Below the pieces are notes generated by a model, which worked only from the letters and a program-made list of their open reading frames with translations, did not search any database and was not told where the DNA came from. From the human T2T-CHM13v2.0 reference genome, Homo sapiens: 64,000 bases of DNA. The stretch lies in the NCBI RefSeq assembly GCF_009914755.1, contig NC_060929.1. One strand, 5' to 3'. Positions 1-13,512 of this stretch are shown in pieces (within the stretch, counting starts at the first letter, position 1; the number at the start of each line of letters is the position of its first letter). The position numbers were made by a program, and so were the translations under genes.

Positions 1-120
1 ATAAATTAAGCTTTTCCTGACACAGTCACTTGCTGCAGTGCAGAATGTCAGTTTAGTCAGTTAGAACTTTCAATGCAGAAATTCAGTGCCATGCAGTCAC
101 CCGGATAAAGCAGCACTTAC

Positions 121-266
121 CTTAATTGAAATTTTCTCTGTGAACAAGGTGAGAAATCCGTCAAATCAACCGTGAATGGGGTGGGGAGATCGAAGTTTTC
201 AATCAACACCCTCCAAGTAGCTGCATCCTGTGCTCCTTTTCCCTGTTATGTTGAGCTCCTCACTGT
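121..266 (-). other. Non-coding (5'UTR-type) spliced exon of a minus-strand gene
   Basis: Minus strand reads ctgat-gtttttctctccttag|ACAGTG (branch point, polypyrimidine tract, AG) ... TTAAG|gtaagt (perfect donor). All three frames of the 146-nt exon contain stops. Gene not identified from sequence. Confidence 0.7.
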
Positions 267-289
267 CTAAGGAGAGAAAAACATCAGCT

Positions 290-1500
290 GAAATCCTCCG
301 AGGTTCCCAGTGAGTAAATGAGGACTAAGCGATGTTTCTGAACGGGAGATTCTCCGTGAGCGTGCTCCGTTTGGAGGCTCCCTAACACTCTTGGCAGGTC
401 CCTGGAGCCAGGCGTTAATCATTGACCTGATTAGCAAGAACGCTCCGGGTGCGCAGGCAACACACGCCGAGGGTTGGTGGGTCTCCCGGGAACTGGAAAA
501 GGCACCAAGGCCACTTGGGAATCTTGTCTTTTCCAGCCTAATGGATGAACTACAACTATGATTATGATTTGCAAGGAGATTAGCTGCCGTGCTAGCCATC
601 GCAGGACTTAAACAAATGTGCTTTCTCCTGCTGTTTTTCAAGGTGCCTTCGTGTAAGATATTAGGTACAGTGAAGCAATTAATAGACTGATAGAGCTGAT
701 TTGTAAGACAAGCTTAAAGCTGAAAAATGTTTAAAGCGATGTGATCAAAGAGATAGCTGCACTTGTCTCTGCCGCTCGCCTGCTACATACTTCAACCTTT
801 GTCGAACTAAAATGAATTTAAAGGTTTATTACAGCCCTCCAGAGTGCAACTCTCTGAATTTATAAAAAGGAAGTATTCATACTAAATAAGCATATTTGGC
901 AGATTGCTACAGACACAAGCACTCAAACCACGGCATGAACACAGCCTTGCTTGTGTAGTTTTCCAAACGGCATTTTCAATTAGCATTACACTTGCAAAAA
1001 ATGTTTGCATTGTACCATTAACCAGAGTAACGTAGGAGAATACAGCACTACACCTAACCGAATCATCTCTTTGATTATCTGTTGAAATACTGATTTCCTA
1101 AAACAAAAACAAGCAAGCATATGAGAGGATCGAAAATATCTAACAACTTTTTAAACGTAGCTATGTGCCGTTACCAACCTGCTGGTCCCCATCCGTCATC
1201 CGCTCTTTCTGCCACTGACCACCTTCTCAGCACTTCCTCATCAAGTTCCTAGTTCCCTGAAGAGATCTAACTCTCTGGAAAAGGTCACATAACTGAATGC
1301 CAAAGCCCCAAATGGTTAATTTTTGACAGCTCTCACTTTTGCAGGATAAAATTATGCAAATAACATAAAAAGAACAGATGAAAAAAGTAATTTGCATGTC
1401 TTGAGGGTGAGAAAATTCTCATTGCCAGAGAGAAAGCTGACGACTGTCCTCTCACAATGATCCTGAGTGATATGTTCAGCACTTTTGTTTTTTTCCAGTG
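290..1500 (-). promoter_or_regulatory. Candidate promoter / first-exon region
   Basis: Repeat-free, with locally raised CpG at 295-490. HNF1-like sites at 414-426 and 1315-1327, TATAAA (minus) at 859-864, octamers at 1354-1361 and 1390-1397, and candidate minus-strand donors at 790/791 (GAA|gtatgt) and 1219/1220 (GTG|gtcagt). Confidence 0.5.
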
Positions 1501-1532
1501 GGTCTCACTTGGGACATATGGCATTTCTTTGA

Positions 1533-1607
1533 TGTGTGTGTGCGTGTGTGTGTGGGTGCGTGTGCTTGCGTGTGTGTGTGAGAAAGAGAGAGAGGAAGAG
1601 CGAGAAG
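1533..1607. repeat. Imperfect (TG)n followed by (GA)n microsatellite
   Basis: tgtgtgtgtgcgtgtg...agaaagagagagagg seen directly. Confidence 0.9.
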
Positions 1608-2649
1608 CTATATTTACATTGTGATATTTATATATATCTTAGAAAACCCTCAAATTTCAGTAGGCGAATGCACTAAGTATAAATAATAGAGAATCCGTTT
1701 GCCTTATACATTCCCAAATATATTTTTAAAGTATCTCATTAAAATACAAGCTCTTGGTGAAACTTTTTGGACAAAGTAAAACTTCAGGGTAACTGAATTG
1801 CTGTTACTAAGGCAGGTACTCATCCTACTCTGAAAACGGAGACGGCCCTGCAGAAGCCCCAGGAGATGGGGCTGTAGCCTCCCATGCAGAGGTCTCTTGC
1901 TCCCTCAGCTGGTGGAGGGTGACAGCGGAATGTGAAGAAACCCAGTCAACCACTTCAGGAGAGGGAGAACAATTTTTGCTGCTGTAAAGCAGGAAACCCA
2001 TTATCCAATTTTAGATTGGCATGAGAGTGTTATAGTAGAAAAGAGGCTGCTTACATCGAAGTAAATGCACCTTGAGCATAAATTGTAAAAATAAGAAAAT
2101 GTAACTGCTAATTTCTCCTGAGAGGGTTCCAACTAGTCTTTAACACAATACTTGTAAATAACAGTGGGATAGATTCCAGGGCTCTAATGTGTAGTTGGTC
2201 ATGCAATTAAAGCACTCCGTTTCTCGTATTGGTCTAAGTCCCATTCTGAGGATCTTAAATCGTGAACTATTTTTAAAACTTATTAAAACGTTAAGACAGG
2301 GCTTATTTTCCTGAACCCTGCCAGCCAACCCACAATCATCATCACCAACTAAAACAGGTGCACACGAAACTTTGTGCCATAGTAGATGGGTTCTATCTGG
2401 AAACTCCAACTCCATGAGACTGCCCTGATGACATTTCCAAATAACCAGCCTTTCTGTTCTCATAAAATCCAGAGGTCTTTCAAAACCCTGAATGGTTTCT
2501 ATAGAGAGTATGATGACTCTTCAGTAGTTTTTTTAACCTATGTTGGAACACTAATTGATTTTATGTGAAAGTACACACATGAAGAACAAAGCAAAATAAG
2601 ACCATTTTGTTGGAGGTGTGAGGGGAGACCGTAGTCACATGAAAATAAC

Positions 2650-2860
2650 AGGTACTGTCTATTACATGCTTGCTATGTAGTAAGTGACTGGCATGCACTT
2701 CAGCTATAGCTATCCATGAACCCCTTAGTCCAATTCTATTAAGCAGACATTATAATATTTTATTTTTTAATTAATTAAGTTAGGGCTCTGAGAAGTTAAG
2801 CAAATTGTAGTCAGTACAGAAGAAACCCACCACTAAAAGTCAGGTTACTGTAACTATAAA
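2650..2860 (-). mobile_element. MIR SINE fragment
   Basis: Degenerate match to MIR core (ggctctgagaagttaagcaaatt). Confidence 0.5.
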
Positions 2861-3529
2861 ATTAGCAAATATTTGGAAATTCCCAAATGTTAAAACTGAT
2901 CAAAACCCTTACTTCCAACAGAATGGGAACATTTTCTAGATTTTATGATTAACAAAAATCATTTTCACATCTTTAAAAACCATTTTATAACTGATAAACT
3001 ATTGTAACAGTTCTGCTATTAAAAGTTATGTATGATTTAGCAGAAAAAAAATTCACAAAAAAAACTTTAGGCTAAAAAATAGATTCCATCCAGAGCTTCC
3101 AAATATATAATTCCATTAGCACAAATGACTCAATTTCAAATTTTTAAAAATCCCTTCTGCAATTCATTTGCTCTCCCACTCAAATATAATAATTATTGCT
3201 TTTTTAAAACAAGAAAATAGCTCCACTCTAAGTAAACGAATATCTCAAGAACAGCCATAAAAATATATTAGACCAAAATTATGATGATTTTTACTAACCT
3301 AGTTCTCCAAGTGGCATAATGTAATAGCAAAGCTCAAATGTACTAGGGAGCTAAAGTTTATCTCTGATTTGTTCATGCTTTATCTACAGGTTTCTTAAAA
3401 GTCACATGAATCCTATCATTTCATATGGCTCTTTGAAATTCTCAGACACATCCATAACTTTACAGAGAAGCATTGTGACCACACTCTTTCAAGAAGTTTA
3501 ATGAAATAAATGATGATAACGCAAACTAA

Positions 3530-3730
3530 TGCAACATTTAAACTTTGCCAAGAACTTATTCTCTCATTTGATTCTTATGGGAATCTTGTGAAATAGGTTA
3601 CCATAAGTATTTTTCTCATATGTTAGTGATGAGGAATAAAAAGAGCAAGTGATTGTCCTTTGGTGTTTGATAGTGGAAAACCTAATGTCTTCCTTTTTAC
3701 GTAAGTCCTATTGCTCCCCACTATGTCGAA
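3530..3730 (-). mobile_element. MIR SINE fragment
   Basis: ctcatttgattctta...gatgaggaa...aagtgattgtcc resembles MIR. Confidence 0.5.
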
Positions 3731-5639
3731 CAAATATGTTTATCTGAGTCATCTTGTTGTCAAAAAGGATCTTAAGTGGCTATATAAACAGAAGTCAGTC
3801 TTTCTTCATTTACTTAGGTTTGTTCCAAACAGTGTAAATTGTGATTGTGATTTATTGAAGAAAAAATTACTCTGAGCTGACAGGGAACTTGTGATTTATG
3901 TATACTGGAATAGCAACCCTTAGATTTCCTACAGACTTTTCCTGATCTTGGCTATTATTATTTAAATTGGGGATATATGAAGATATTTCCCAAATATTAG
4001 TCTTATGATTCTTACACAAATAGAATCTTGCTTCTGTATACCAATGTAGATTCAGCTATTACCTCCCTACCACTGTTTGTGATGGTTTATCAGAACAGAC
4101 CTTGAAAAATTACTGTTAATTATTTTAAATGGATCTATAAATACATATACATAAACAAGCCACCTAACTAATAACAAATTGATCTTGCAGCAGCAGCATC
4201 AAGCTAATACTATCACACAGAGGTTTGCTGAATGCTAACAGATTCTCATGTATTATACATATTTCTGCTTATGTCTAAATCATGGAGGCTGAATGACTAA
4301 ACTCACCAGCCTTCAAGAGAAATTTTTATTTTTGATTCCGGTTTCACGCACATATACTCATGAGTTTAAGATAAGATGAAATTTTAGAAAAAAAAGAAAG
4401 CTAAACTGGATATCAGAAAACTTAGACTATAGTCAAAATTCTAGCAGTGAGTAGTTTTCTAACCGAAGCCATTTAAAAAGCTTCTATTTAATAATTTCAT
4501 TGGAAAATTTGAGGAAATTAAACTATATTATCTCTAGGATTTCAGTCAGTTATGAAAATGCATCTATTTGCCTAATAATTTGTGATGTTCTTTCTACCTA
4601 ATTCAGAAATAATCAAGCAATTAAGAAGGAATTATTGTCTGCAAATACATGTTTTCTCCCTTCTCACACCCTTCCATGCCCCAAACAACTTATTTTATAC
4701 TATAAATAACATTATAGCAAGGATGTGTTGATTTCATAGTTCGAGTAATTAAAAAATCAGCCAGAAATTATTGATGTGAAATTGTAAATGGAGTAGATTA
4801 AAAAATTGCTAAGGTCAGGAATATTCTTTAAATGTTTTAAAATAATTATAACACGTTTCTTTAAAAGGTCATGGTTATTTTATTGCAACTAGAATGGATG
4901 TTAGCCATCCTCTCTATTGTCCTGATCAGTAAAATTAATGTAAAGGTAACTTAATTAAAATGATTGAGAATTATCTTAAAATTGGAGAGCATACTTAAAG
5001 AATGGACACATAATATTAACATATTTTGTGTTTTTAAAAGCACATTTCCAATTTAGTAGACAATTATTTTAAAATAACAAAAAAGCAGAGTGCATAATTA
5101 AAAGAAAAGAAATGGCTTTTGTAGACATAATTGCTTTGCATTTTAGACCTTTCTTGTTAGCTCTGATTTATTCTATTTTGTATCTTTGAGGTATGACTAT
5201 GAAGTTCAAGTAAAATTAGATAAATAATATGTAAAACTTTAAGAATATTAAACTCACTTTCTATTGAATTCACTAAAAGATACTAAAAATTAGTAATGAC
5301 TAGAGTTATACATATAAAACCCAAACAAAACACATTTTTAGCAATGATTTTAAAATGCCATTAAACAAATGGACATATAAAATAATATTAATGAATAATA
5401 TTGCTCAATAGAAAAAAAATGTTTATTTCCTTACTGAGTAGATAGGTTTACCCTTTTGGAGAGTCAGAAAAGCAGTGGTAGGGTAGAGTGGAATGTGGAA
5501 AGATCTGCAAGCACTAATGGGACAACTAGTATCAAATGAATTTCCTGTTCACTAAAAAATTTTAGATGATGAAAATTCTGACTTAGATTTTCTTATTAAT
5601 TCATAACTATTTAACTATATATTTAATTATTTAACAAGT

Positions 5640-6360
5640 TATTTCTACCACTAAATACCTATTAGAATAGTTAAAATCAAAAAGAAAAAAAACTCTCATT
5701 ACGTCAAGTGTCAACAATGATGTGAAAAACCTATAACCCTAAAACACTGTTCATGGGAATATAAAAGGATGCAATCACTCTAAAATACATTGTGGTAGTT
5801 TTTTAAAAAGTTAAACGTATGCCTATCGTGTGATGCAGCCATCTCGCTCTGAAGTATTCACTCCAAAGAAAAAAAAGCATATTTCCATTCAAACAACTAG
5901 ACACAAATGACTGATTAGTCACAATGGCTCCAAACTGGGGAAAAAAAAGTCCGTCAACAGGTGAGTGAATAAACTGTGGTACACTCATAGAATGGAATAC
6001 TTCTTGGTAATTAAAAGTAGGCAACTACTAGTACACTTAACAACTGGACCACAAAATGATTATGCTGATATAAAACAAGCCAGAAACAAATACATTACTA
6101 ATATATAATTACATTTCTGTAGAATTAAAAAATATGGAAATTTATCTGTAATGACAGAAAACAGGTAACTGGTTGGAGGTGAATGAAGTTGGAATGAGAA
6201 ATTGCAGAGGTCACAAGAAAACCCTTGGGACAATGGAAATATTCAGTGTCTTGATTATGATGGTGGCTTCACAGGTGTATATATGTGTCAAAACCCATCT
6301 AATTTGCAAGTTAAATATGTGCAGTTTACTGTATATAAATTATACCTCAATAAAGTTGCA
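5640..6360 (+). mobile_element. Old L1M (L1MD/ME-type) 3' end
   Basis: Remnant of the ORF2 end plus 3'UTR (aaactgtggtacactcatagaatggaatac ... gtatataaattatacctcaataaagttg). Confidence 0.8.
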
Positions 6361-8602
6361 CAAAACCCTCACATCTTCCTCATTTCTTCTTTAATAAAAC
6401 AGAATCACAATTAAATGATTAATAACAGATTATGTCCATAATAACAATCTATATGCCTTTAATTCTGATTTCTATTTTCTAAAGAAACCGCATCGAAGAT
6501 GGAATAAAATCACCTACTTTATATTTCTAACCGTTTCTTAAATTGTATACAGCATTTCCCATTCAATCATATTTTAAGACAACTTTAAACTTAATGTCCT
6601 AGTATCTATCCAGATAATAGTTCAGTAAAATTTTATATAGGGAAATAAGGTGCCATTTCAAATCAAACAATGATGGCTGTGAAATGCTTAATTACCTTTT
6701 GACATACATATATCATTGTCCATTTGTTCTTAGCTTCTCCATAATGTGTATGGAAATATTACTCTAGCCTATCTTCAGCATCTATGACACCGCAGGTGAC
6801 AATAAATTACGAGAAATTATGGGGCTTTCTCAACCTCTAAATGCATTTGACAGGCATGAAGATGAAAATACCTTCTATAACATCATAAAGATCATATTGT
6901 TACAGAGTGGCTCTAAACGGATCTTCCTCTTATTATTTACTTATTTACGAAATCAAACTTTTTCTTTGGATTTCATGGTGACTCTATTAACCTCTGAATA
7001 CCATATTTCATTCTCCTCTCAGTTATACTGACTGTAATACCCAGTTTCCTCTCATGTCAACTTGCTCTTTTTCACTCTCAGCAAAAGTCAATAATTTGCT
7101 GCCACATCATAAGGAATAGGTGACTGCTATCTGCCTTGCTGACTTTATTTCCCTTATTAAAATAATTTAAACTCTCTGCAGTAATACAGAGTTTTAACAT
7201 ATATCAGACTGTTGGTGAGCAGTCTGAAATAACACCTTTACTACCTTCTGTACATCAAATATATAGATTTCAGTTTTTGTAGTAATGGTAAAATAATGGT
7301 AAAAATATCAGAGATTTGGGTAGTTCACTGCCTAGGATTGCAATGACACACCAGCAAAGAGCAATTATGAATCCTTGGGCTCGTTGCTTCACATTTGCTT
7401 GAGTTTTCTCAGATGAAAAAAGGTGATAAAATAGTATGAAATGAATTAGTGCAGATGGAGTAGTAAGATTAAATGAGTTAGTAGATACACACTAAGAAGA
7501 TAACTCACAAATGAGCTACCAGCTATAATTATACCAGCTATAATTTTTAGTTAAAATGAACAACATATAAACTATGTATACCCCCAAATAAAACTTTGTT
7601 TAAATTGTAATGATTATGTCCAATTGGATGCAGGCTTAATGTATATCACCATTGTCTACATCATGAATCCGTAAGGATGTTTCTACTAAAAAGGTAAAAA
7701 ATGATACCATATGTTTTTAGAAGGAATGTTAAAAATATAATAACAAAGTGCTGATGGACATATACAGTGCTATATCTCAGGAGAGCAACATTGACATTTG
7801 TAATACAATGGCAAGTGTTTGTACATGCGTATGTGTGTGTGCATGTACATAAATTGCATAAATTGGGTGATTCTACAGATGTTATTGAGAAAATATTGTG
7901 CATTGCATCATTATTTATAATAGTGAGATACTGAAAACACTAATGCATTTTATTGATTAGACATAAATATGAAAGTCCCATAAATGAATGCATCTATCAT
8001 GTTTTAGAAATATATTTTTGACATATAAATTTTCACATTATTTTTATAAAAAAGTAGATTACATCCCAACATAAGCCTGTTTATATATACATTTTTAAAG
8101 GAAGATTATTCATCATGAGAAACTAAATTTTTTTTTCTTGATTGGCATTGTTATTTTGGTGGTTGAGTGGTCATTTCTTCCTTGTTTATAAGAAGTGTAA
8201 GCTTGAGAAAGGGATAATTTTTCTTTAATTTATCTCTTCTAATTCCAATGCTTTTCTGCTTTGTATATATGTTTATATATACAAAGGAAGAGGAGGATAA
8301 AATTTAGATAGCTACATAAAATTGAGGTTTAAATATTGTGAATTAAAAAGATACCTGACTTCATTCAAGGTGCATACTGATTCTCTCACAGATGAATTTC
8401 AAATGTCATTGGTGGTTGCATGAACAGAAATAGTGCAGTACCAATGCCTTAGGGTTGACTAGTGACACGAGCTATATACTCATTCCCACTTCATCCTTTC
8501 TATCAAAATGGGTACAAACCAAGAAAACTGATTCCAATCCCAGAGAGAAACAGGTCATCTACTGTGTAGAGTTATGGCTCTGAGAAGATACCTTCATCAA
8601 AT

Positions 8603-8642
8603 ACACACACACACACACAGACACACACAGACACACACACAT
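8603..8642. repeat. (CA)n microsatellite
   Basis: Direct observation. Confidence 0.9.
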
Positions 8643-8809
8643 ATACATATTTTACTACTGGGCAAAGTGCCTCCCATGCTTTTGAATGATCTGTTTTTTA
8701 CTGTTCGATGTATTTAGAGGGTCTTTTTATTAAAGGGATTGAATCTGGCATTCACGCTGGGCTTTGTAGTAGAAATAGACAAAAGGATTATTTTATTTTG
8801 TTTAGCTTT

Positions 8810-9100
8810 TAATCTGCTTATTCAAAACTTTATTACAAAATTTCAAATACGAAAACTAGAGGAAACAGTATTAATAGACACATATGTTCTTGTCACCCAA
8901 CTTCATCATTTAGCTATTCTTGGCCAATGTGGTTCGTCTGTATTCTCTCACTTTGTCCACTGACCTTCCCTTAGATAATTTTGAAGCAGGTCCTAGACAT
9001 TATATTATTCTATCTGTAAATGTGTCAGTGTTGTATAAATGATAAAGATAAAAACTGATTTCTTTCTTCTTTTTTGAAATGTATCCACAATATCTTTATC
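8810..9100 (-). mobile_element. Old L1MC-type 3' end fragment
   Basis: aaaatttcaaatac...attttgaagcaggtcctagacattatattattc resembles the reverse complement of an L1MC4/5 3'UTR. Confidence 0.6.
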
Positions 9101-9389
9101 ACATGGTGTTTTATTTTGCTTTGACTCTAAGTGACTTAATGGCACTCACCTTGAGAATTTAGTCTTGTAGAATCTGCTAGATTTATGAACTTGGGCTGCT
9201 TTCATGCTCCCGCTAGTAATATAAAATGTTGATATTATTTTATTGCAGAATTCACAAGGAGGTTAGCTGGCCAATAACATCTTAAATTGATTCCAGCAGC
9301 TGCTACCCCCATCCCCCATGTCCTATTGATAGTGGTCAAAAACAACATCTAAAGATATATTATTTATTATAAAGCTTTAATAATTGATA

Positions 9390-9725
9390 TGTCACTCATT
9401 TGATCAAAAGAAACTTCAATAGTCCCCAGTTGCTTATTGGATAAAAATGTAAATTTGTTGTATATAATTCAAAATTCTCCTTGATCTGCCTGTAAAGTGA
9501 TTTCCTACAATTTCAAAGATGAAAGCTGGTCTTTTTACTTTAATTGTTATCAGAATATAATTTTTCAGTGTCTCAGTTTTTATTTCTGAAGCTTGCCTGA
9601 CTTCTTCCCAAACTCCAATATGTGTTTAAGTACAAGGACCTATACTATTTGATGGCTCTTACAATGCTTAATGTAAGTACTGGATATAAAATAGTCACTT
9701 AGTAAATATTAGCTGAGCAAATGGT
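9390..9725 (+). mobile_element. L2 LINE 3' fragment
   Basis: Ends in an L2-type tail (tagtcacttagtaaatattagctgagcaaatg). Confidence 0.5.
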
Positions 9726-12085
9726 ATAATGCCCTATTGAACAAAGTATTGGCTTTCTATAAATAACAGGTGTTTATCTGCTTCATCATTTTACTATTCT
9801 GTTTAAAAGCAGCACAGAAAAAACTCTTTGGGGAATTAGATTTCCAGATGCTTCTGCTCTGCTTAGGAATATGAAAAGCTATCACAATTTACCACACCGG
9901 AACTATTTTCATTTAGTAAAGTTCTCTCCAAGGAGCTACAAACCAAGGACCATTTATCTTTATCTCATGGAATTATTTTTCTTCTCTAAAGACCACGAAT
10001 TAGGTTCTTGATTTCTGGCAGAAAACACTAGTCAGTTTGAGGTGCCTTTTTATGTTGTCATATTTTATAATGACAAGCCAACTTTTCAATTTAATTAATG
10101 CTTTTCAATCTCACTGAATTTGTACTCTTTTTCACTTAAAGAATGAGTTATTTTTTTCTTTTCTAAAATTGTCATTTTATTTTTTATATATTCTAAACTC
10201 TTATGGACATGAAAATATCAAAATCATATATTATTAATAAACATTTCTTGACAAAATTAATATTTCATAATTTATATCTTCATTTATAATTAAAGCATAC
10301 AATTTATTATATTAATGACAGGACAAACATACCTTGAGTTGGTTGTAGGATGATGGATTGTGGTAAAACTAAGTTGCTATACTCTACTTTTACTAGCTTT
10401 AATTAAGAAAAAAATTAGATAATTAAGAAACTCACTCTAAAGCAAGATGAGTTAGTAATAATTTAAATGCATAAAAATTCCAATAAGAACAAGAGTAACC
10501 CTTTTGTAACTAATCTGAAGTAGTTCTAATTATTCAAGAATTATTACAGTGCAAACTTTTGTTTCATTTCCAATACTTATATTTAATATGTTTTTTTTTC
10601 TGATGAACTTGAATTGCTTTTAAAGGAGCAACTTGAGAGAAAAATTCAAGCTGTTCTGAATTGAAGGTTTACATATCATTATTAAGTGGACGTCTTAGCT
10701 AAGGGTCTCTATAAAGACTGCCCTCAGAATCTTTTAGTTCAGTGTATTTTAGAAGAGTTAGGGAAATAGGCTGCTTCAAAGCAACACATGTGTTAAAGTT
10801 CTGATGTTTTGGGGATTAATCCTTAATGCTAAGCAGGTCTGCAGTTTGGTAGCAAGCATGAATGACTCATGGACGCAAATGAGTCCTGAAGCTGACTGAA
10901 GTCAAGGTGTCTGTCAAGTTGCTCTATAATGAGAGCTGGCATAATCTCTTGCGCATATAGAAGACATCAAGAAAAAACAGGTTGATCACAGTCTAAGAAA
11001 AAGATGTGTTTGATTTAGTCTAAAAGGGTCAGCCTTATTAGGAATTTTTGCTGGTTTGGTTCACAGATGATGCAAGCCTAGGAAGGGGCTGCACCATTAA
11101 GTCAGTGACCTAATCGATGATGGGAACATTCAGTAAAAAGATTTTATGGTTAAGTTTTACATTAGACATCCCCACTGTTGCTGTTATGCAAGTGAGATTT
11201 ACAAAATGCATACAGGACTTGAGGCATTCTTATGACAGGAGATCTGTTCTAATCTAGAGTAGGATTGGCCCACCTAAGCCTCCATGCAGTTGCTCCTCAG
11301 CGTTCTCAGAATATTGGGGAGCAGATTAAGTCAGAAGAAGGCAGCATCATTAGTGTAGGAGAGGACTGTGAAAAGCTGCTGTACCTATGAAAGCTGGGCC
11401 GCGAGACAGTATCCTGGTGATAAACAACATGGTGCCCAACGAATAGAGCATGGTCAGGGTTGAGTATTATCAGGGCAATTGAGCCACAAAGAAGGTTAAT
11501 CCCATAAGAAAGACATTCTAGAAGAAACCAGGCATTATCAGAAAATGTATCACTGTCACTGAGCAATAGAGGCAGATTTCCAGAAGAGAGGCAGGTAGGA
11601 AATAATTGGGAACACAGGGATCCTGCCAACAGCTACTCAGCAGAGCCTCAATTCTTGCACACAAGTGAGTAATTGAAAGTTTTCTAGGTAGAGTAACCTT
11701 AATTATCTTAGGGCAACTTTCCGTAAATTAAGTGTTAGGAAGTGCCTTATCTGGAACAGAAAACCAGCAACTCTTCTAGATCCTGCTCTTTGAAGTCAAA
11801 CCCTACAGGCACTCTGATTCCATAACATGTTCTTTTTATACTGTTATGTACTTTTCAAAGAGATTTTGCACACATTATTTCCTTTGAGAATGGAAGTAGT
11901 ACTTAAGGTGAGCAAAATCATATTATGTCCATTTTACTGACAAATTGAGGCTAACATAAATTATGATATGAACAAACACAAATTCTGACCTCAGGCAGAA
12001 AAGAATCAGGTGCATCCTGCATGAGGTCACTTGGATAATAATTTTAAAAACGATAAACTGATCCCCCATTGTTCTGTTCTTTTGT

Positions 12086-12294
12086 TGTAGATGTTGACAA
12101 ACTTTAGTTTTAAAGGGCAAGGTGAAAATGTTTTAGAATTTGAGGCAAAAAAGGCAGAATTGAGGATACTATGTAGGTACGTATGTAGTTTTTAAAAATG
12201 TAGCCATTGAAATATGTAACATCTTTCTTTGTGAGTCATATAAAAACAGGCAGATAGTCATATTTGACCTATGGGCCACAATTTATCAACTCTG
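12086..12294. mobile_element. MER58B-like hAT-Charlie MITE
   Basis: Ends atgttgacaaacttt...taaagggc and aaaaacaggcag...atttgacctatgggccacaatttatcaactctg; internal gaggatactatgtaggtac. Confidence 0.7.
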
Positions 12295-13512
12295 AACTAT
12301 AGCAGTACTGACTTGAGTCAGTTGTCGGCAATATCAATTTAATTTAACAGTGATTAGTTGAATAGTACATCTCTTTTCCTCAATTAAGTTGCATTTTGTG
12401 TATAAAAAACTTACACGAGTTTTGATTTACACATAAAAATTATTATAACAAACTTAAAATATTTTATTCATAAAATAACATATTATATATTAAAAAAAGT
12501 ATAAAATATTTTCCCAAAAGTGTATCTCTAAACTTTATATACATTAATGTGTTTATTTCAGTTAAAAACCTGTCAAATGCAAACCCTTTCAAAAAGAACT
12601 TTCTCATGACTCACAGTAAAATTGATTTATATTTATTTTTTTCTCCATAGCTAAAATTTGTGGGTTGAAATAATGCCATAATATATCTCATAGCTTTTCC
12701 AAAAATCGACCAAAGCCACTCAGATAGCTGAAATCTTTACCATAACGATTCGGTTGCACCCTCTGTCTGTGACATTCCCAGACAATGATGACTTTGTGAC
12801 AATTTTATTGACTATATTTTCTTAGAATGATGTAGAAAGGATGCTAACGTTATAAATATACAATAGCATAGCTCATTAACATGTGTTTTCCTCAGAAAGA
12901 ATTGGACCTAAATATGTAAGCTTTGGAAAAATGTTTTGTATTCAGATATAAAGGGAGATAAGTCATTTTGTGCTTCCCAGTTTTCCAGGCTTTCATAGTC
13001 TCCCTGGATAAATGATGAATTGAAGACAATGTCAGCAATTATTGCTAATACAACTGAAATGACATTAAAAATCACAAAAAATGGTTAGAACTTTGCCACA
13101 AGCTTTGAATATTTTTTATTTTGAAAATTTTAAGACAATCCTACTGTTTTTCAGAGAAACGTTTATTGATGAAACATTTTTGTAGATAAATGGATAACCT
13201 TTTCTTTCTCCTCTTATTTTTACTCTTCTAAATTACCTAGAGAAAAGAAAGTGTCTATTTGGCATGCTTTGGTTATGATATGTGAATTGCAGTGATCTTG
13301 GGAAGGCTTGAATTTAGGGTCCATGTGAAAAACAACAGATTCACCTTAAGAATCAGGCCAACCATAAAAGTTGGGCCTTTTTCTCTGGGCAATCCCAGTT
13401 AAGGCACCTATACACTCACTTGATTAAAGATTTAAGAAAACTTTCTGGAAAATTCCCAAAGGGAAAGTGAATCATTTATAATGTTAACATTAAATGCACA
13501 GTGGTTGGCCTC

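Noticed and set aside
267-641. 124-aa ORF as an annotated CDS
   Set aside because: Non-ATG start, no recognisable homology, and its stop coincides with a splice acceptor; kept only as a uORF hypothesis
1475-1490. REST/RE1 site (TTCAGCAC)
   Set aside because: Only the left half-site is present; no GGACAG half
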